NCBI GenBank assembly: GCA_963826525.1
Contig: CAWGXH010000004.1
Coordinates: 224,001-288,000, forward strand
Direction: 5' to 3'
DNA: 64,000 bases
From: an uncultured Methanomicrobiaceae archaeon
Lineage (GTDB): Archaea; Halobacteriota; Methanomicrobia; Methanomicrobiales; Methanoculleaceae
Under the pieces are notes generated by a model. It saw only the letters and a program-made list of their open reading frames with translations. It was not told the DNA's origin and made no database searches. The translations under genes were made by a program, and so were the position numbers. Shown piece after piece: positions 11,251 through 21,718 of this stretch (the stretch's first letter is position 1; each line of letters starts with the position of its first letter).

Positions 11251-11260
11251 TAGCCGCACC

Positions 11261-11659
11261 TCATACAATGATCGTCGCCATGGAGGCGATCTTCGGGAAG
11301 CGTTCCGCTACTTCACGGGGAACAGGACCTTTGATCTCGGTTCCTTTGGGCTCGCCACGCTCGTTCACAAGAACCATGGCGTTATCCTCGAACGAGACAC
11401 GAAGACCGTTCGGGCGGCGCATCTCCTTCTTCTGCCTGATGACAACCGCTTTTTCAAGTTTCCGGCGCATCTCGGGGGTACCCTTCTTGACGCTCACGGT
11501 CGCGAGATCGCCGATACCGAGGCATGGCTGTCTCCGCCGGACGCCGTGGAACCGGTCGACCGAGAGAACCTGCACCATGCGGGCTCCGGTGTTGTCTGCA
11601 CAGACCATCCTCGAACCGGTGTTCAGTGATCTCGGGATAGTCGACTGCTTCGCCTTCAT
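11261..11659 (-). CDS. rpl14: 50S ribosomal protein uL14
   Basis: [24 protein letters not shown]. Confidence 0.97.
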   Translation of the reverse strand: MKAKQSTIPRSLNTGSRMVCADNTGARMVQVLSVDRFHGVRRRQPCLGIGDLATVSVKKGTPEMRRKLEKAVVIRQKKEMRRPNGLRVSFEDNAMVLVNERGEPKGTEIKGPVPREVAERFPKIASMATIIV

Positions 11660-11982
11660 TCCTTCAACACCTCCACCACAACGAACGTCTTCGTCTTGGA
11701 AAGCGGTCTGCATTCGGCGACCTTCACCATATCACCGATAGCCGCATCGATACACGGCGTGCTGTGAGCGTGAAGTTTCGAACTGCGCTTTTCATATCGT
11801 TTGTATTTCTTGACGTAGTGCAGGAAGTCACGCTCCACTACGACCGTGCCGTTCATACGATCGCTCACGACTTTGCCGGTAATCACCTGGCCGCGTACCG
11901 GCAAACTGCCGTGAAACGGACAATTCACGTCGCTGCACTCCTTCTCCGGAGCCGGGACGTTCAATCCAATATCTTTTGCCAT
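11656..11982 (-). CDS. rps17: 30S ribosomal protein uS17
   Basis: [14 protein letters not shown]. Confidence 0.97.
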   Translation of the reverse strand: MAKDIGLNVPAPEKECSDVNCPFHGSLPVRGQVITGKVVSDRMNGTVVVERDFLHYVKKYKRYEKRSSKLHAHSTPCIDAAIGDMVKVAECRPLSKTKTFVVVEVLKE

Positions 11983-11993
11983 CGTTCACCCTC

Positions 11994-12269
11994 TTATTGT
12001 TTCATGCGCATTGTAATGCGTTTATCAGGCTGCGACACCAGTGTCGAGCCGTCGACTTCTACGAGATCTCCCCCGGGAAGACGGATACGAAGGATACTGT
12101 ATCGCTTCTGGATCCGCTTCAGACCACGCTCGGTCGCGACGACCAGCGTGTTCCGGGTTTCATCAATGATCCTGCCGCAGATGCCGACGTGGCTCGGGTT
12201 ACTGGCACCGGCTACCAGAACGTTCATGCCGATGAGCTCGTGCCGAAGAACGTTCTGGGGAGAGATCAT
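11994..12269 (-). CDS. rnp1: Ribonuclease P protein component 1 (Rpp29)
   Basis: HELIG, GRIIDETRNTL; canonical position. Confidence 0.93.
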   Translation of the reverse strand: MISPQNVLRHELIGMNVLVAGASNPSHVGICGRIIDETRNTLVVATERGLKRIQKRYSILRIRLPGGDLVEVDGSTLVSQPDKRITMRMKQ

Positions 12270-12469
12270 GCCCTTCTCCTGCTGTTCTGCTCGGTCTTGA
12301 TACGTGCAATCGTTCTCCTGATCTCACGTATCCGTCCGGGATTCTCCGTGGCACCGCCAGCGCTGACCTTGCCGCGCGCCTGTATGAGCTCGAGCTGCAG
12401 TTTCTGCCCCTGCTCCTGGAGTTCGACATCGGAGAGCTGACGCACTTCCTCTGCTCGAAAGATTGCCAT
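12266..12469 (-). CDS. rpl29: 50S ribosomal protein uL29
   Basis: NPGRIREIRRTIARIKT. Confidence 0.96.
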   Translation of the reverse strand: MAIFRAEEVRQLSDVELQEQGQKLQLELIQARGKVSAGGATENPGRIREIRRTIARIKTEQNSRRRA

Positions 12470-13171
12470 TTATCTCTCCTCCACGTACACGTCCTCGACA
12501 GACTCTACAAGCTCTTCCTCGAACTCATCGCCGACTTCTTCGACCTCGACGACCGGCTCCAGGGCCTTCTTCCGGGTAGGAGGAAGAACCTCGAAGGTGT
12601 CGGGCAGACGTGCATCCGGAGGTACAATCTTGACCTGGACGCCGATAAGACCGAGTTTCTTGATAGCGATCGCGTAACCCTTCTCGACGATGGTCTCGCT
12701 CGGCTCACCGCAGTGCTTGACGTAGCCCTCGACGAACTTCTGCGTCCGGGCACGGGCACCGGTCAGCTTGCCGGCGACGATGACCTCGCAGCCGAGCGCT
12801 CCGGCATCCATGACGCGCCGAATCGTGCTCTGACCGGCCTTTCTGAAGTACCAGCCACGTTCGAGAGCGTTTGCGAGGCGTTCAGCCATAATTTGTGCGT
12901 TGAAGTTCGGGTTCTGCACCTGTTGAACCTCCACCTGCGGCGATTCGATGCCGTACTCGGTGGCGAGATCCTGTGTGATCTGGCGCACCTGCTTTCCACC
13001 CTTGCCGATCACGATACCGGGCTTCTCAGCCCAGATGGTCACCTGGGTGCCGAGAGGAGTCCGGGTAATATCCATACCACCGTAGCCGGCACGTTTCAGC
13101 TCGCGCGAGAGGTACTTCTCCACACAGACCTTACGAACGCCGTCACTGATGAATCTCTTCTCTACTGCCAT
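12470..13171 (-). CDS. rps3: 30S ribosomal protein uS3
   Basis: KH domain KPGIVIGKGG, GALGCEVIVAGKL. Confidence 0.97.
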   Translation of the reverse strand: MAVEKRFISDGVRKVCVEKYLSRELKRAGYGGMDITRTPLGTQVTIWAEKPGIVIGKGGKQVRQITQDLATEYGIESPQVEVQQVQNPNFNAQIMAERLANALERGWYFRKAGQSTIRRVMDAGALGCEVIVAGKLTGARARTQKFVEGYVKHCGEPSETIVEKGYAIAIKKLGLIGVQVKIVPPDARLPDTFEVLPPTRKKALEPVVEVEEVGDEFEEELVESVEDVYVEER

Positions 13172-13632
13172 CACTCCACCTCGGTGACGATGATCTCGAT
13201 GTTCACGGTCTCCCGCCGCTTCGGGGTCGCACGACCCATTGCACGGGCGAAGAAGGCCTTAAACCCACGACCACGGTTTGCAGCGACATGGGTGATGACC
13301 AGCTTGGTTGCATCAAGACCGATGTACTCGGCGTTCTTCTCGACCGACTCGAGCAGTCTGATGTATGCCGTTGCCGCCTTCACAGGGTAGCGGCCGCCGT
13401 CCCACTTGTCAAGACCGCGCTTGTGGGCGACGTTCCGGTTGAACCGCTTGAAGGGGATAGCCTTCTTCAGCGCCACAACCTCAGCGAGATACGCCCTCGC
13501 TTCGACCGTGTTCTTGTTCCTGATGAACCTGGCAATCTCAATAGAGTGCTTGGGCGATACGGGCAGCTCGTTTGCTTTTGCCCGTGCATTGGTCTCGCCC
13601 TTTTCCTGAACCGAATAGTCCGTCCTTGCCAT
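13171..13632 (-). CDS. rpl22: 50S ribosomal protein uL22
   Basis: [24 protein letters not shown]. Confidence 0.96.
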   Translation of the reverse strand: MARTDYSVQEKGETNARAKANELPVSPKHSIEIARFIRNKNTVEARAYLAEVVALKKAIPFKRFNRNVAHKRGLDKWDGGRYPVKAATAYIRLLESVEKNAEYIGLDATKLVITHVAANRGRGFKAFFARAMGRATPKRRETVNIEIIVTEVE

Positions 13633-13637
13633 AGCCA

Positions 13638-14051
13638 TCACTTCAGCGGTACATACTTACTCGACCGGGTCGCACCGATACCGGCACTACCGTGCGCGAC
13701 TCTTCTGCGGGTCAGCGCAAATTCACCGAGATAGTGGAAGACAGCCTCGGGCTGGATCTCCACTTTCATGAAATCCTTCCCGTTGTAGACTTCAATCGTC
13801 TTTCCAATCATCTCAGGGATGATCACCAGGTCCCGAAGGTGCGTTCGGATGTTCTCGTCGCCGCCCCGGATCTCGGAGAGAAGCTTCTCATGTCCCTGCG
13901 AGAGGCCACGCTCGAATTTCCGGCGAGCACGGGCGGGCATGATGGGAATCAGTTCCGAGATGCCCATACCCTTCAGATCCTCGATCGAAAAGCCACGGTA
14001 GGTGAACTCCTCTCGCCGTCTCGGTAATCTCTTCTGTGTCTTCTTTGCCAT
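13638..14051 (-). CDS. rps19: 30S ribosomal protein uS19
   Basis: [21 protein letters not shown]. Confidence 0.97.
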   Translation of the reverse strand: MAKKTQKRLPRRREEFTYRGFSIEDLKGMGISELIPIMPARARRKFERGLSQGHEKLLSEIRGGDENIRTHLRDLVIIPEMIGKTIEVYNGKDFMKVEIQPEAVFHYLGEFALTRRRVAHGSAGIGATRSSKYVPLK

Positions 14052-14063
14052 ACTCTACACCCC

Positions 14064-14784
14064 TCACTTCTTCCACTTGCCGGTTCTCCGGGCAGCGATC
14101 GATCCGACCTTTCTTCCCGGGGATGTCCCGCGCGCGACGGTCTTCGGCCGACCGCAGTGCTGGTGACCACCGCCACCGAACGGGTGGTCGATGACGTTCA
14201 TGCAGACACCCTTCACGCGCGGCCACTTCTCTGCAGAGGACTTGACGTGGTGGTACTTCTTACCTGCCTTTACGAACGGTTTCTCACTTCGTCCGCCACC
14301 GGCAACGATACCGACCGTCGCCATGCAGACCCCGTTGAACCACTTGTTCTTCCCGCTCGGCATCCTGACGCCGACTTTACCGTCGTCGGATTTGCCGATG
14401 ATGAGTGCCTGAACACCGCTCGCACGAACGAATTTGCCGCCGTCGTTCGGCCGTGCCTCGATGTTGCAGACATATGCTCCAACCGGGATCGACCGAAGCG
14501 GCAGCGTGTTTCCGTTCTTCATCTCAACATCAGCACCCCAGGCGACCTCATCGCCGACACCGAGGCCCTCGGTGACGAGCATGTACTCCTTGCTCCCGTC
14601 TTCGAGTTTCACCAGGGCAATCGGCGTGTGGCGTGCTGGGTCGTGCTCGATGTCGATGATACGCCCTTTTACGGTTGTGATGTTGGATCCCATGTGCCGC
14701 AGGGCAGTCTTTATACCGGTGCGAAGGCGCCCGGTACGTCGGACCGCCCTTACCACGGCTCTGTGCAATAATTCGATGTGCCAT
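14064..14784 (-). CDS. rpl2: 50S ribosomal protein uL2; frameshift near 14700
   Basis: MAHRIIAQSRGKGGPTYRAPSHR, then HDPAR, MNVIDHPFGGG. Confidence 0.95.
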
Positions 14785-14796
14785 TGCCACTCACCT

Positions 14797-15045
14797 TTAC
14801 ATTATGCCAAGCCGGCTGAGGATCTCTTCAGCGGCCTTTCCATCAGCAAAGCTCACGATGGCCTTCTTCCGGCCCTTCATGGTCATCAGCGTTCTGACCT
14901 GGGTGACTTCCTTTCCAAACGACTTCTCAAACTCGCGCTTGATGTCCTGCTTTGATGCGTCGTTGTCGACCAGAAACTGAAGTTTGCTCTCGTTCTCAAG
15001 CATCATCGTCGCTTTTTCAGTGACAAACGGATGTTTCAGTACCAT
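14797..15045 (-). CDS. rpl23: 50S ribosomal protein uL23
   Basis: HPFVTEKA, KGRKKAIV. Confidence 0.96.
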   Translation of the reverse strand: MVLKHPFVTEKATMMLENESKLQFLVDNDASKQDIKREFEKSFGKEVTQVRTLMTMKGRKKAIVSFADGKAAEEILSRLGIM

Positions 15046-15792
15046 TCAGTATCCCTCCAGTTTCCGCAGGGCGGAGGCTGTCCAGAGTGTCAGACGTCCT
15101 GCCTGCGTGCCGGGTGCCAGTAGTTCCGTGTTCAGCTGGTTCACCATGACGGAGTCAACACCGGCAAGGTTCCGGGCTGCGCGGAGCGGTTCGTCTCCCG
15201 TGACGATCAGAACGCTCTTTCGCTGCTTGTAGCGGCGGCCACGCATGGTACCCCGACCTGCCCTGACCTTCTTGCTGCCCTTTGCACGCTCAACATCGGC
15301 ATAGATACCAACGGCGGTGAGGGCGGCGATAACATCGCTCGTGCGCGTGAGTCCTTCGAACTGGTCTTCGAGAACCAGCGGGAGGTCTCCCTCGAACAGG
15401 TGTCCGCGCTCGCGAACGAGGTCGGTACAGACGGTAGCTGCTATCGCAGAGCGGAGAGCTTTCTGTTTCTCTTTCTGGTTGATCTGCTTGACGAGGATCT
15501 TTTCGACCTTCGGGGGGTGAGCTGCGCGCCCTCCCACTGCCTGGGGAATCCGGGCAACTCTGCTGCCGTTCTTCAGCCTCGGGACCTGTGCGACACCGCG
15601 GCCGCTACCCCAGGATGTTGCAGACGTCCGGAGGCCTGCAAACGGATGTGTTCCGTGCGGCTGGAACCGGGTGCTCTGAAGTGCCAGAACTGCCCGCTTA
15701 ATCAGGTCCGGTCTGTACTCTTCCGCGAAGACTGCAGGAAGATCAATCTCCTCTGCACGCTCTCCCTTCAGTGTTCTAATGTATGCCTTCAT
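15046..15792 (-). CDS. rpl4: 50S ribosomal protein uL4
   Basis: SWGSGRG, GGRAAHPPK, RAGRGTMRGRRY, LLAPGTQAGRL. Confidence 0.97.
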   Translation of the reverse strand: MKAYIRTLKGERAEEIDLPAVFAEEYRPDLIKRAVLALQSTRFQPHGTHPFAGLRTSATSWGSGRGVAQVPRLKNGSRVARIPQAVGGRAAHPPKVEKILVKQINQKEKQKALRSAIAATVCTDLVRERGHLFEGDLPLVLEDQFEGLTRTSDVIAALTAVGIYADVERAKGSKKVRAGRGTMRGRRYKQRKSVLIVTGDEPLRAARNLAGVDSVMVNQLNTELLAPGTQAGRLTLWTASALRKLEGY

Positions 15793-15799
15793 TGACACG

Positions 15800-16814
15800 T
15801 CACCCCTGCTTGCTCTGGACACTGACAAAGTTGATAGCCGGTGTCTTTACAGCCTGTTCGCCCTGCCTGATTGCAGTTCTCAGCCGTACAAGCCGCTTCG
15901 TCGGCCCGGGAACCGATCCCTTGATAAGGACATACGGACCGCGAATCATACCGTAGTGGAGGAAACCTCCTGCAGGCGTGATATCGTCGCCGTTGTTTCC
16001 GACCTTGAGAATGCGCTTGTTGAACTCGGTTCGCTGGTGGTAACCGCACTGACCCATCTGGGGAACCTGCCAGCGGACGTGGTGCGGAGTCCACGGTCCG
16101 AGAGTTCCGATGTGGCGCTTCTTGCCGCCGCGGGAGTGTTTGCGCTTGCGCACCTGGACACCCCAGCGCTTGACCGGACCCTGGGTACCCTTACCGGTAG
16201 TGATGGCGGTGACATCAACGAAGGCACCGGTCTCGATGACCCCGGAGATACCGACCTCTTTACCGAGGATGTCGGTTGCGTAGACGAGCTGATCCGCAAT
16301 GCTGCCTCCGGAGATCCGCATCTCCATGAGGTCGGGCACCTTCTTCGGAACACCGGTGAGTCCGGAGGGCTGCGTATAGGCCAGAGCATAGATCTCGACG
16401 ACCTTGCCCGCCTCAACCGCAGCCTTCATGGCGTCGAGAGCGGCGGCGCGGTCGTGGTTCTTCGGCATGGTGATCCGGCGGCCGAGCTCCTCGTTGAGAG
16501 AGTCTGACCAGGCCTCGGTCAGCGCATGCTTACCGTACGTATCGTTCGTGTAAGCACGCACACCCGCCACTTTCATGGGGGGTACTTCAATGACCGTCAC
16601 CGGTACCATCACATCTTTGCCTTCGGTGGGACTGGTCTTATGGTCGTCCACCATGACAAGGTGAGTCATACCAACCTTGTACCCTGCAAATCCCTGCACC
16701 ATCGGAGTCCCATCGGTACTCGGGCCAGGCACCGTACTTCGGAACCGGGCTCTTTGCACGCTTTCGGGGACTGTATGCGAGGGATCCTCTGCGTGGCCTG
16801 TTTATCTTCGGCAT
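15800..16814 (-). CDS. rpl3: 50S ribosomal protein uL3; frameshift near 16722
   Basis: [20 protein letters not shown], then [33 protein letters not shown]. Confidence 0.96.
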
Positions 16815-17535
16815 GTTTCTATCAACCCTTCGTGCGTTGTATTGTGATGCACCGACCGGGGACTTTGGAGATGCGTATCTCCGCACCCCGGCTCGGTCCG
16901 AGCAACTCCGGAAGGTTTTCGAAAAACCTTCCGAGAAGGTGCATCAATGCTACCGAACTGGTCGGCAATTCGTCTTTTGAATGTCGGCGAACCCGCTAGG
17001 GGCATGACATCGATGCTGCACAGGGGACGTGTTGTGAGGCAGGCAGCGCAAGCCTTGCTGCCCCCGGTGCAAGCATGACGTGGAAGGGGACGGTATCCGA
17101 CTGTAGCGTCTGCTCTCATCCCGAGGCATACTCCGCCGATGGAGATCTCCACCGGAAAGCGGCTGTAGCCCATAGGGTAGAGGCAGACTCCTCTTCCTGG
17201 CGTGCACCAGATAATCCAGTCTTCTCGAATAGATCCTGACCATCCGGCGTTTCCGGAGAGCCTCCGAAAGTGGGCTCGCTGCACTGAGCGTTCGCCCGTC
17301 GCCTCGGTCAGATCCAGCTTCTGTCAACCCGTTGTGCCGGAGCACAACTCCTTCTCGACATCGCCCTCCGCAAGGAGGGTTCGACCATGTGGTTTTGTCA
17401 CCCGCGTTGTCTGCGATACGCCGCCGCACCTCCAGCTTCAGCCAATAATGGTGGAGCCGGGATTTCGTGATAATTCAAGGCTAATTTAGCCTTATTTTAT
17501 CAACGATAAAGAGCGGCTTATCGCAGAGCGGTTTC
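16815..17535 (-). ncRNA. Putative long structured 5' leader (or ncRNA) of the ribosomal protein operon
   Basis: ~720 nt with no recognisable protein and many nested inverted repeats; minus-strand TATA/BRE at 17556-17570; strand inferred from the promoter. Confidence 0.5.
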
Positions 17536-17555
17536 TTAAATTTAGCCGCAAATCA

Positions 17556-17570
17556 GATATAAACCTTCTC
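17556..17570 (-). promoter_or_regulatory. Putative BRE-TATA promoter of the rpl3 operon
   Basis: Minus strand reads GAGAAGG-TTTATATC. Confidence 0.5.
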
Positions 17571-17746
17571 ATCGGATCGTACACGAATTCTGCAGAAAGA
17601 GGAAGTTCCCGGGCAATCGTCCCCGGGATGCAGGAAAGGGCAGTATCCCATATCGGCCTGACACCAGGTCTTTCCGAAATGGGATACTCTCCCATCGCCG
17701 TTCACCCCGGTGCGCTCTTTCACCCGTCACGGATGAAACAGCAGGA

Positions 17747-18172
17747 TCATCCGAAATAGAGTTCGCCGTCTTCGTTGATATAGACTTCAACATCCTCACG
17801 GATGTACCTGGCTCTGAACCGCTCGGGATTTGAATCACGGAGCCTGTTGATGAGTGAGATGGTATCGTACTTGACTTTGATGCCCACTTTTTCGGCTTCG
17901 TCGTAGATGATCTCCGGAGTTTTCAAGAGGTCCGTGCCTGCCTTGAGAGTACAGAGATGCGCTGCGTCGAGCGTATAGAGAAACTCTATCGTCTCCCGTG
18001 CACGAGAGATATTCTCAAGAGCAGCCTTTTCGATGGTACACACGTTTGCCTTGGAAGTCCGGATAATCTCGGCAATCTGCTGCTGGGTGAGACCCTTCCT
18101 GCGGTATCGCAAAATTTCTTTCTGACGGTCGGTGAGGAGCCCCTGTTTCATTGTCATAGTATGTAGCACCAT
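17747..18172 (-). CDS. tfx: Tfx family DNA-binding protein
   Basis: LLTDRQKEILRYRRKGLTQQQIAEIIRTSKANVCTIEKAALENI HTH. Confidence 0.88.
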   Translation of the reverse strand: MVLHTMTMKQGLLTDRQKEILRYRRKGLTQQQIAEIIRTSKANVCTIEKAALENISRARETIEFLYTLDAAHLCTLKAGTDLLKTPEIIYDEAEKVGIKVKYDTISLINRLRDSNPERFRARYIREDVEVYINEDGELYFG

Positions 18173-18293
18173 ACAACTTAAACACTTTTCCTTAACATCC
18201 CTGCATGGGGAGAGACCGGGAGAGGAGATTTCAAAATGTTTATATGAGAAATCGGTGATATTATCGTGTTCTCAAATTTGAGAGGTGTAAAAA

Positions 18294-19136
18294 GTGGTAG
18301 TTAAAGTAGGAATTGCAAAACTAGGCAACATCGCCAGCGGCGTTATGGCGGAGTTGCTCCTCGATGAGCGTGCGGACCGGGAAGACATGATCACCTTCAT
18401 GGCAACCTCCGGTACGAAGCTCCAGCCCGAGGATATCGACCGTGTCGTCAACAATATGAAGGCCTGGGGCCCCGACTTCTGCATCGTCGTTTCCCCGAAC
18501 GGCGTCCTTCCAGGACCCGTAGGTGCCCGTGAGGCACTCGGAGCCGCAGGAATCCCCTGCGTCGTCATCACCGACGACATCACCACCAAGAAGGAGCAGT
18601 TCGAGGCCCTCAAGGCCAGCAACTTCGGCTACATCATCATGAAGGCAGACGCCATGATCGGTGCACGCCGCGAGTTCCTCGACCCCATCGAGATGGCAGA
18701 CTACAACGGCAACCTCGTGAAGGTTCTCTCCATCACCGGCGCGTTCCGGAAGATGCAGTTCGAGCTCGACAAGGTCATCGACCAGGTCAAGGCCGGCAAG
18801 AAGGGTGCAGACCTTGCACTGCCGAAGGTCGTCATGACCTCCGACAAGGCCGTCGACGGCGAGTTCTCAAACCCCTACGCACTTGCAAAGGCACGTGCCG
18901 CCTACGAGATTGCACAGTCCGTTGCCGGCGTCAACGTCAAGGGCTGCTTCATGACCAAGGAATGGGAGAAGTACATCCCGATCGTCGCAAGCGCTCACGA
19001 GATGATGCGCCAGGCCATGCTCCTCTGCGATGAAGCCCGCGAGCTTGAGAAGGGCACCGACGCGGTCATCAGAAAGCCCCACAAGAAGACCGGTGAGATC
19101 GTCGCAAAGACGGCACTCATCAGCAAGCCTGAGTAA
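18294..19136 (+). CDS. mtd: F420-dependent methylenetetrahydromethanopterin dehydrogenase
   Basis: [40 protein letters not shown]. Confidence 0.97.
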   Translation: MVVKVGIAKLGNIASGVMAELLLDERADREDMITFMATSGTKLQPEDIDRVVNNMKAWGPDFCIVVSPNGVLPGPVGAREALGAAGIPCVVITDDITTKKEQFEALKASNFGYIIMKADAMIGARREFLDPIEMADYNGNLVKVLSITGAFRKMQFELDKVIDQVKAGKKGADLALPKVVMTSDKAVDGEFSNPYALAKARAAYEIAQSVAGVNVKGCFMTKEWEKYIPIVASAHEMMRQAMLLCDEARELEKGTDAVIRKPHKKTGEIVAKTALISKPE

Positions 19137-19203
19137 ACCAATAATACCCTTTTTTTCCCGGTGCGGGGAACGTATCTCTGAAAAGTAGAGGTTTTCGCTA
19201 CGG

Positions 19204-20637
19204 TCAGGGGTTCTGCCCGCCCGTGTTGACGACCATCATCCGCATCTCGGTCATCTCCTCGATGGCATACCGGGGCCCTTCACGCCCGAGACCCGACGCC
19301 TTCACGCCGCCGTACGGCATATGATCCATCCTGAACGTGGGGATGTCGTTGATCAAAAGGCCGCCGACGGAGAGCTCGCCAAACGCCTGCATGATACGCC
19401 GGATGTCCCGGGTAAATACACCGGCCTGAAGGCCGAAGGGTGAGGCGTTGGCATAGGCGAGCGCTTCTTCAAAGGTATCGTACGGCGTGACGGTGATCAC
19501 CGGTGCAAAGATCTCGGTGCTGTTCACCCGCATCGCGGGCGTCGTATCGACAAGAATCGTTGGGGAGAAGAGTGCCCCGGCAACGCTGCCCCCATGCAGA
19601 ACTCGTGCGCCGCCTCTGACCGCTTCAGCGACTTTCTCCGCAGCCTCGGCAGCGGCCGCCTCCGAGATCATGGGCCCGACGTCGGTATCGCTCTCCCGGG
19701 GATCGCCGACCTTCAGGAGGCGGACTTTTCCAAGGAGTGCCTCGATCACCGCCGGAACTATCCGACGGTGGACGAAGACCCTCTGGACGGAGATGCAGAC
19801 CTGCCCGGCGTTGGAGAACCCGCCTGATGCGATACGTGATGCTGCATACCCGATATCGGCGTCCTCGTGGACGATTGCCGCTGCATTCCCACCAAGCTCG
19901 AGCCCGACCCGCTTCCTGGCAACCGAGCGGAGGTGCCACCCGACCGCCGGACTGCCGGTGAAACTGACGCATGCAATCCGCTCATCGACGGCAAGCCGCT
20001 CGGCGCGAACGGTAGTGCAGGGAAGAACGCTGATTGCCTCCGGCGGGAACCCGGCGGCAAGGAGCATCTCGCCGAGCAGCAGCCCGGAGAGCGGCGTCTT
20101 TGTCGCCGGTTTGAGGATCACGGAGTTTCCTGCGGCAACGGCAGGCCCCACCTTATGGCAGGCAAGGTTCAGCGGAAAATTAAACGGCGTGATGCAGAGG
20201 ACCGGCCCGAGCGGAAACCGGCGGATGTACCCGGTATAGCCTTCGCCTGCGGCGTTCCAGTCGAGCGGGAGAATTTCACCGCCGATGCGGCGCGCCTCTT
20301 CTGCCGCCACCCGGATAGTCTCCCCTGCCCGAAAGACCTCTCCCCGGGCGAGAGTCCGGGTCTTTCCCGCCTCGAGAATAAGTGTCTCGGCGAGCTCGTC
20401 GCTTCGCTCCTCGATCTGATCGGCGAGCGAGTAGAGAATCCGTGAGCGGGTGTGCGCGGGGAGCCTGCGCGTTGTGGCAAAACCCGAACCCGCCGCACGG
20501 ACGGCATCATCGATATCGGCATCCCCGGCCAGGCAGACCCGCCCAACCGGATCGCCTGTAAAGGGGAAACATACCTCGGCAGTCTCACTGCTGCGCCGCC
20601 AAACACCACCCACCAGAAAGGGAGAGGGATCGCTCAT
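19204..20637 (-). CDS. NAD(P)-dependent aldehyde dehydrogenase
   Basis: ITPFNFP, FTGS, LELGGN, AGQVCIS, EIFAP, PYGGVKASGLGREG. Confidence 0.93.
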   Translation of the reverse strand: MSDPSPFLVGGVWRRSSETAEVCFPFTGDPVGRVCLAGDADIDDAVRAAGSGFATTRRLPAHTRSRILYSLADQIEERSDELAETLILEAGKTRTLARGEVFRAGETIRVAAEEARRIGGEILPLDWNAAGEGYTGYIRRFPLGPVLCITPFNFPLNLACHKVGPAVAAGNSVILKPATKTPLSGLLLGEMLLAAGFPPEAISVLPCTTVRAERLAVDERIACVSFTGSPAVGWHLRSVARKRVGLELGGNAAAIVHEDADIGYAASRIASGGFSNAGQVCISVQRVFVHRRIVPAVIEALLGKVRLLKVGDPRESDTDVGPMISEAAAAEAAEKVAEAVRGGARVLHGGSVAGALFSPTILVDTTPAMRVNSTEIFAPVITVTPYDTFEEALAYANASPFGLQAGVFTRDIRRIMQAFGELSVGGLLINDIPTFRMDHMPYGGVKASGLGREGPRYAIEEMTEMRMMVVNTGGQNP

Positions 20638-20692
20638 GAGCAGGTAGTATAGGAGAACTCAGCATTTCAGCTTCCGGAACATCCCCTCCGGA

Positions 20693-21628
20693 TCAGATCT
20701 CCCCGGCATTCCGGTGGAAGAACTCGCCGAGCGCTTCGGGGAGCGTGAGGATGATCGGTTCCAGGTGCAGCCGCTCCATGAATGCCGAGTCGCAGATGCA
20801 GAGACCGTTCGGGTTCATCCTGGAGATGACAGAACAGAATGCTCGGTATCCCCGGTCACGGCCGGCTCTGTCGAAGAAGATGGCGACGTTGAAGGCGCGC
20901 GTCCCGAGGCTCCGGTAGAGGTCGAGGATCGTCAGCAGCCCCGAGACCAGGGGATCGATATACGACTCCAGTTCCTCAAGTGTCGAGATAGGCAGCAGGC
21001 CTCTCACCTCGCGCTCGCCGAGGGGGACGGGGCTTGCCGACCAGAATATCTCGTTCTCGAAGAGAAACCGCCCGGAGCTGCACTCCTGCTCGCGGAGGTC
21101 GTCCCAGTAGAGCCGGTTATGCTTCTCCAGGTAGCGATGGCTGCCGGAGAGGTAGCGCTCCGCGAGGCACGACGGCATCGAATCTGCTATCCCCTGCAGA
21201 TGCGGGTGGGCGATGCTCGCTCCTGCCGAGGGCAGGTAGTTCCAGTTGATGCTGGGGTAGCCGTCAAACCGCCGGAGCGACTCGGCCATCCCGGAGAACG
21301 CATCCGTAAGTTGTCGCGCCCCGAAGTGATTCACCGCATGATCGCGTGATATTACCGTCACCGTATGCCAGGCCGAATAAGGATAGAGGTTCGGAAATGT
21401 GACACTCTCACCACGCCGGATCCGAAGGCCGTCGCTGAACGTCGGCGTCTCGGTGTCGATCGCCTCCGGACAGAACGGGCACCCGTCGCCGGTGTAGCGT
21501 ATCGCGGCATCCGTATCGAGATGCCTCTGTAGCCGTGCGGGACTGATGCGGCACCTGATACCGGTAAGGGATTCCCGTCTATACTGAACAGTACCCCGTG
21601 CGGTATGAATCTCCACGACCGTGAACAT
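20693..21628 (-). CDS. Galactose-1-phosphate uridylyltransferase-like protein
   Basis: CPFC, FPNLYP, SAGASIAHPHLQ motifs. Confidence 0.85.
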   Translation of the reverse strand: MFTVVEIHTARGTVQYRRESLTGIRCRISPARLQRHLDTDAAIRYTGDGCPFCPEAIDTETPTFSDGLRIRRGESVTFPNLYPYSAWHTVTVISRDHAVNHFGARQLTDAFSGMAESLRRFDGYPSINWNYLPSAGASIAHPHLQGIADSMPSCLAERYLSGSHRYLEKHNRLYWDDLREQECSSGRFLFENEIFWSASPVPLGEREVRGLLPISTLEELESYIDPLVSGLLTILDLYRSLGTRAFNVAIFFDRAGRDRGYRAFCSVISRMNPNGLCICDSAFMERLHLEPIILTLPEALGEFFHRNAGEI

Positions 21629-21718
21629 TGTCCCTCAGATCAAGCGTGGAGGCCGGAGAATAATAATATGCCGGTAGAGAAGTGAGCGGAAAAAGAAAAT
21701 AGGAGTTTTTCCCCCGAT

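Noticed and set aside
16802-17489. ORFs upstream of rpl3 as the SPOUT methyltransferase often found there, or the region as RNase P/SRP RNA
   Set aside because: The translations show no recognisable motifs, and the RNase P (GAGGAAAGUCC) and SRP helix-8 signatures were not found on either strand by eye.
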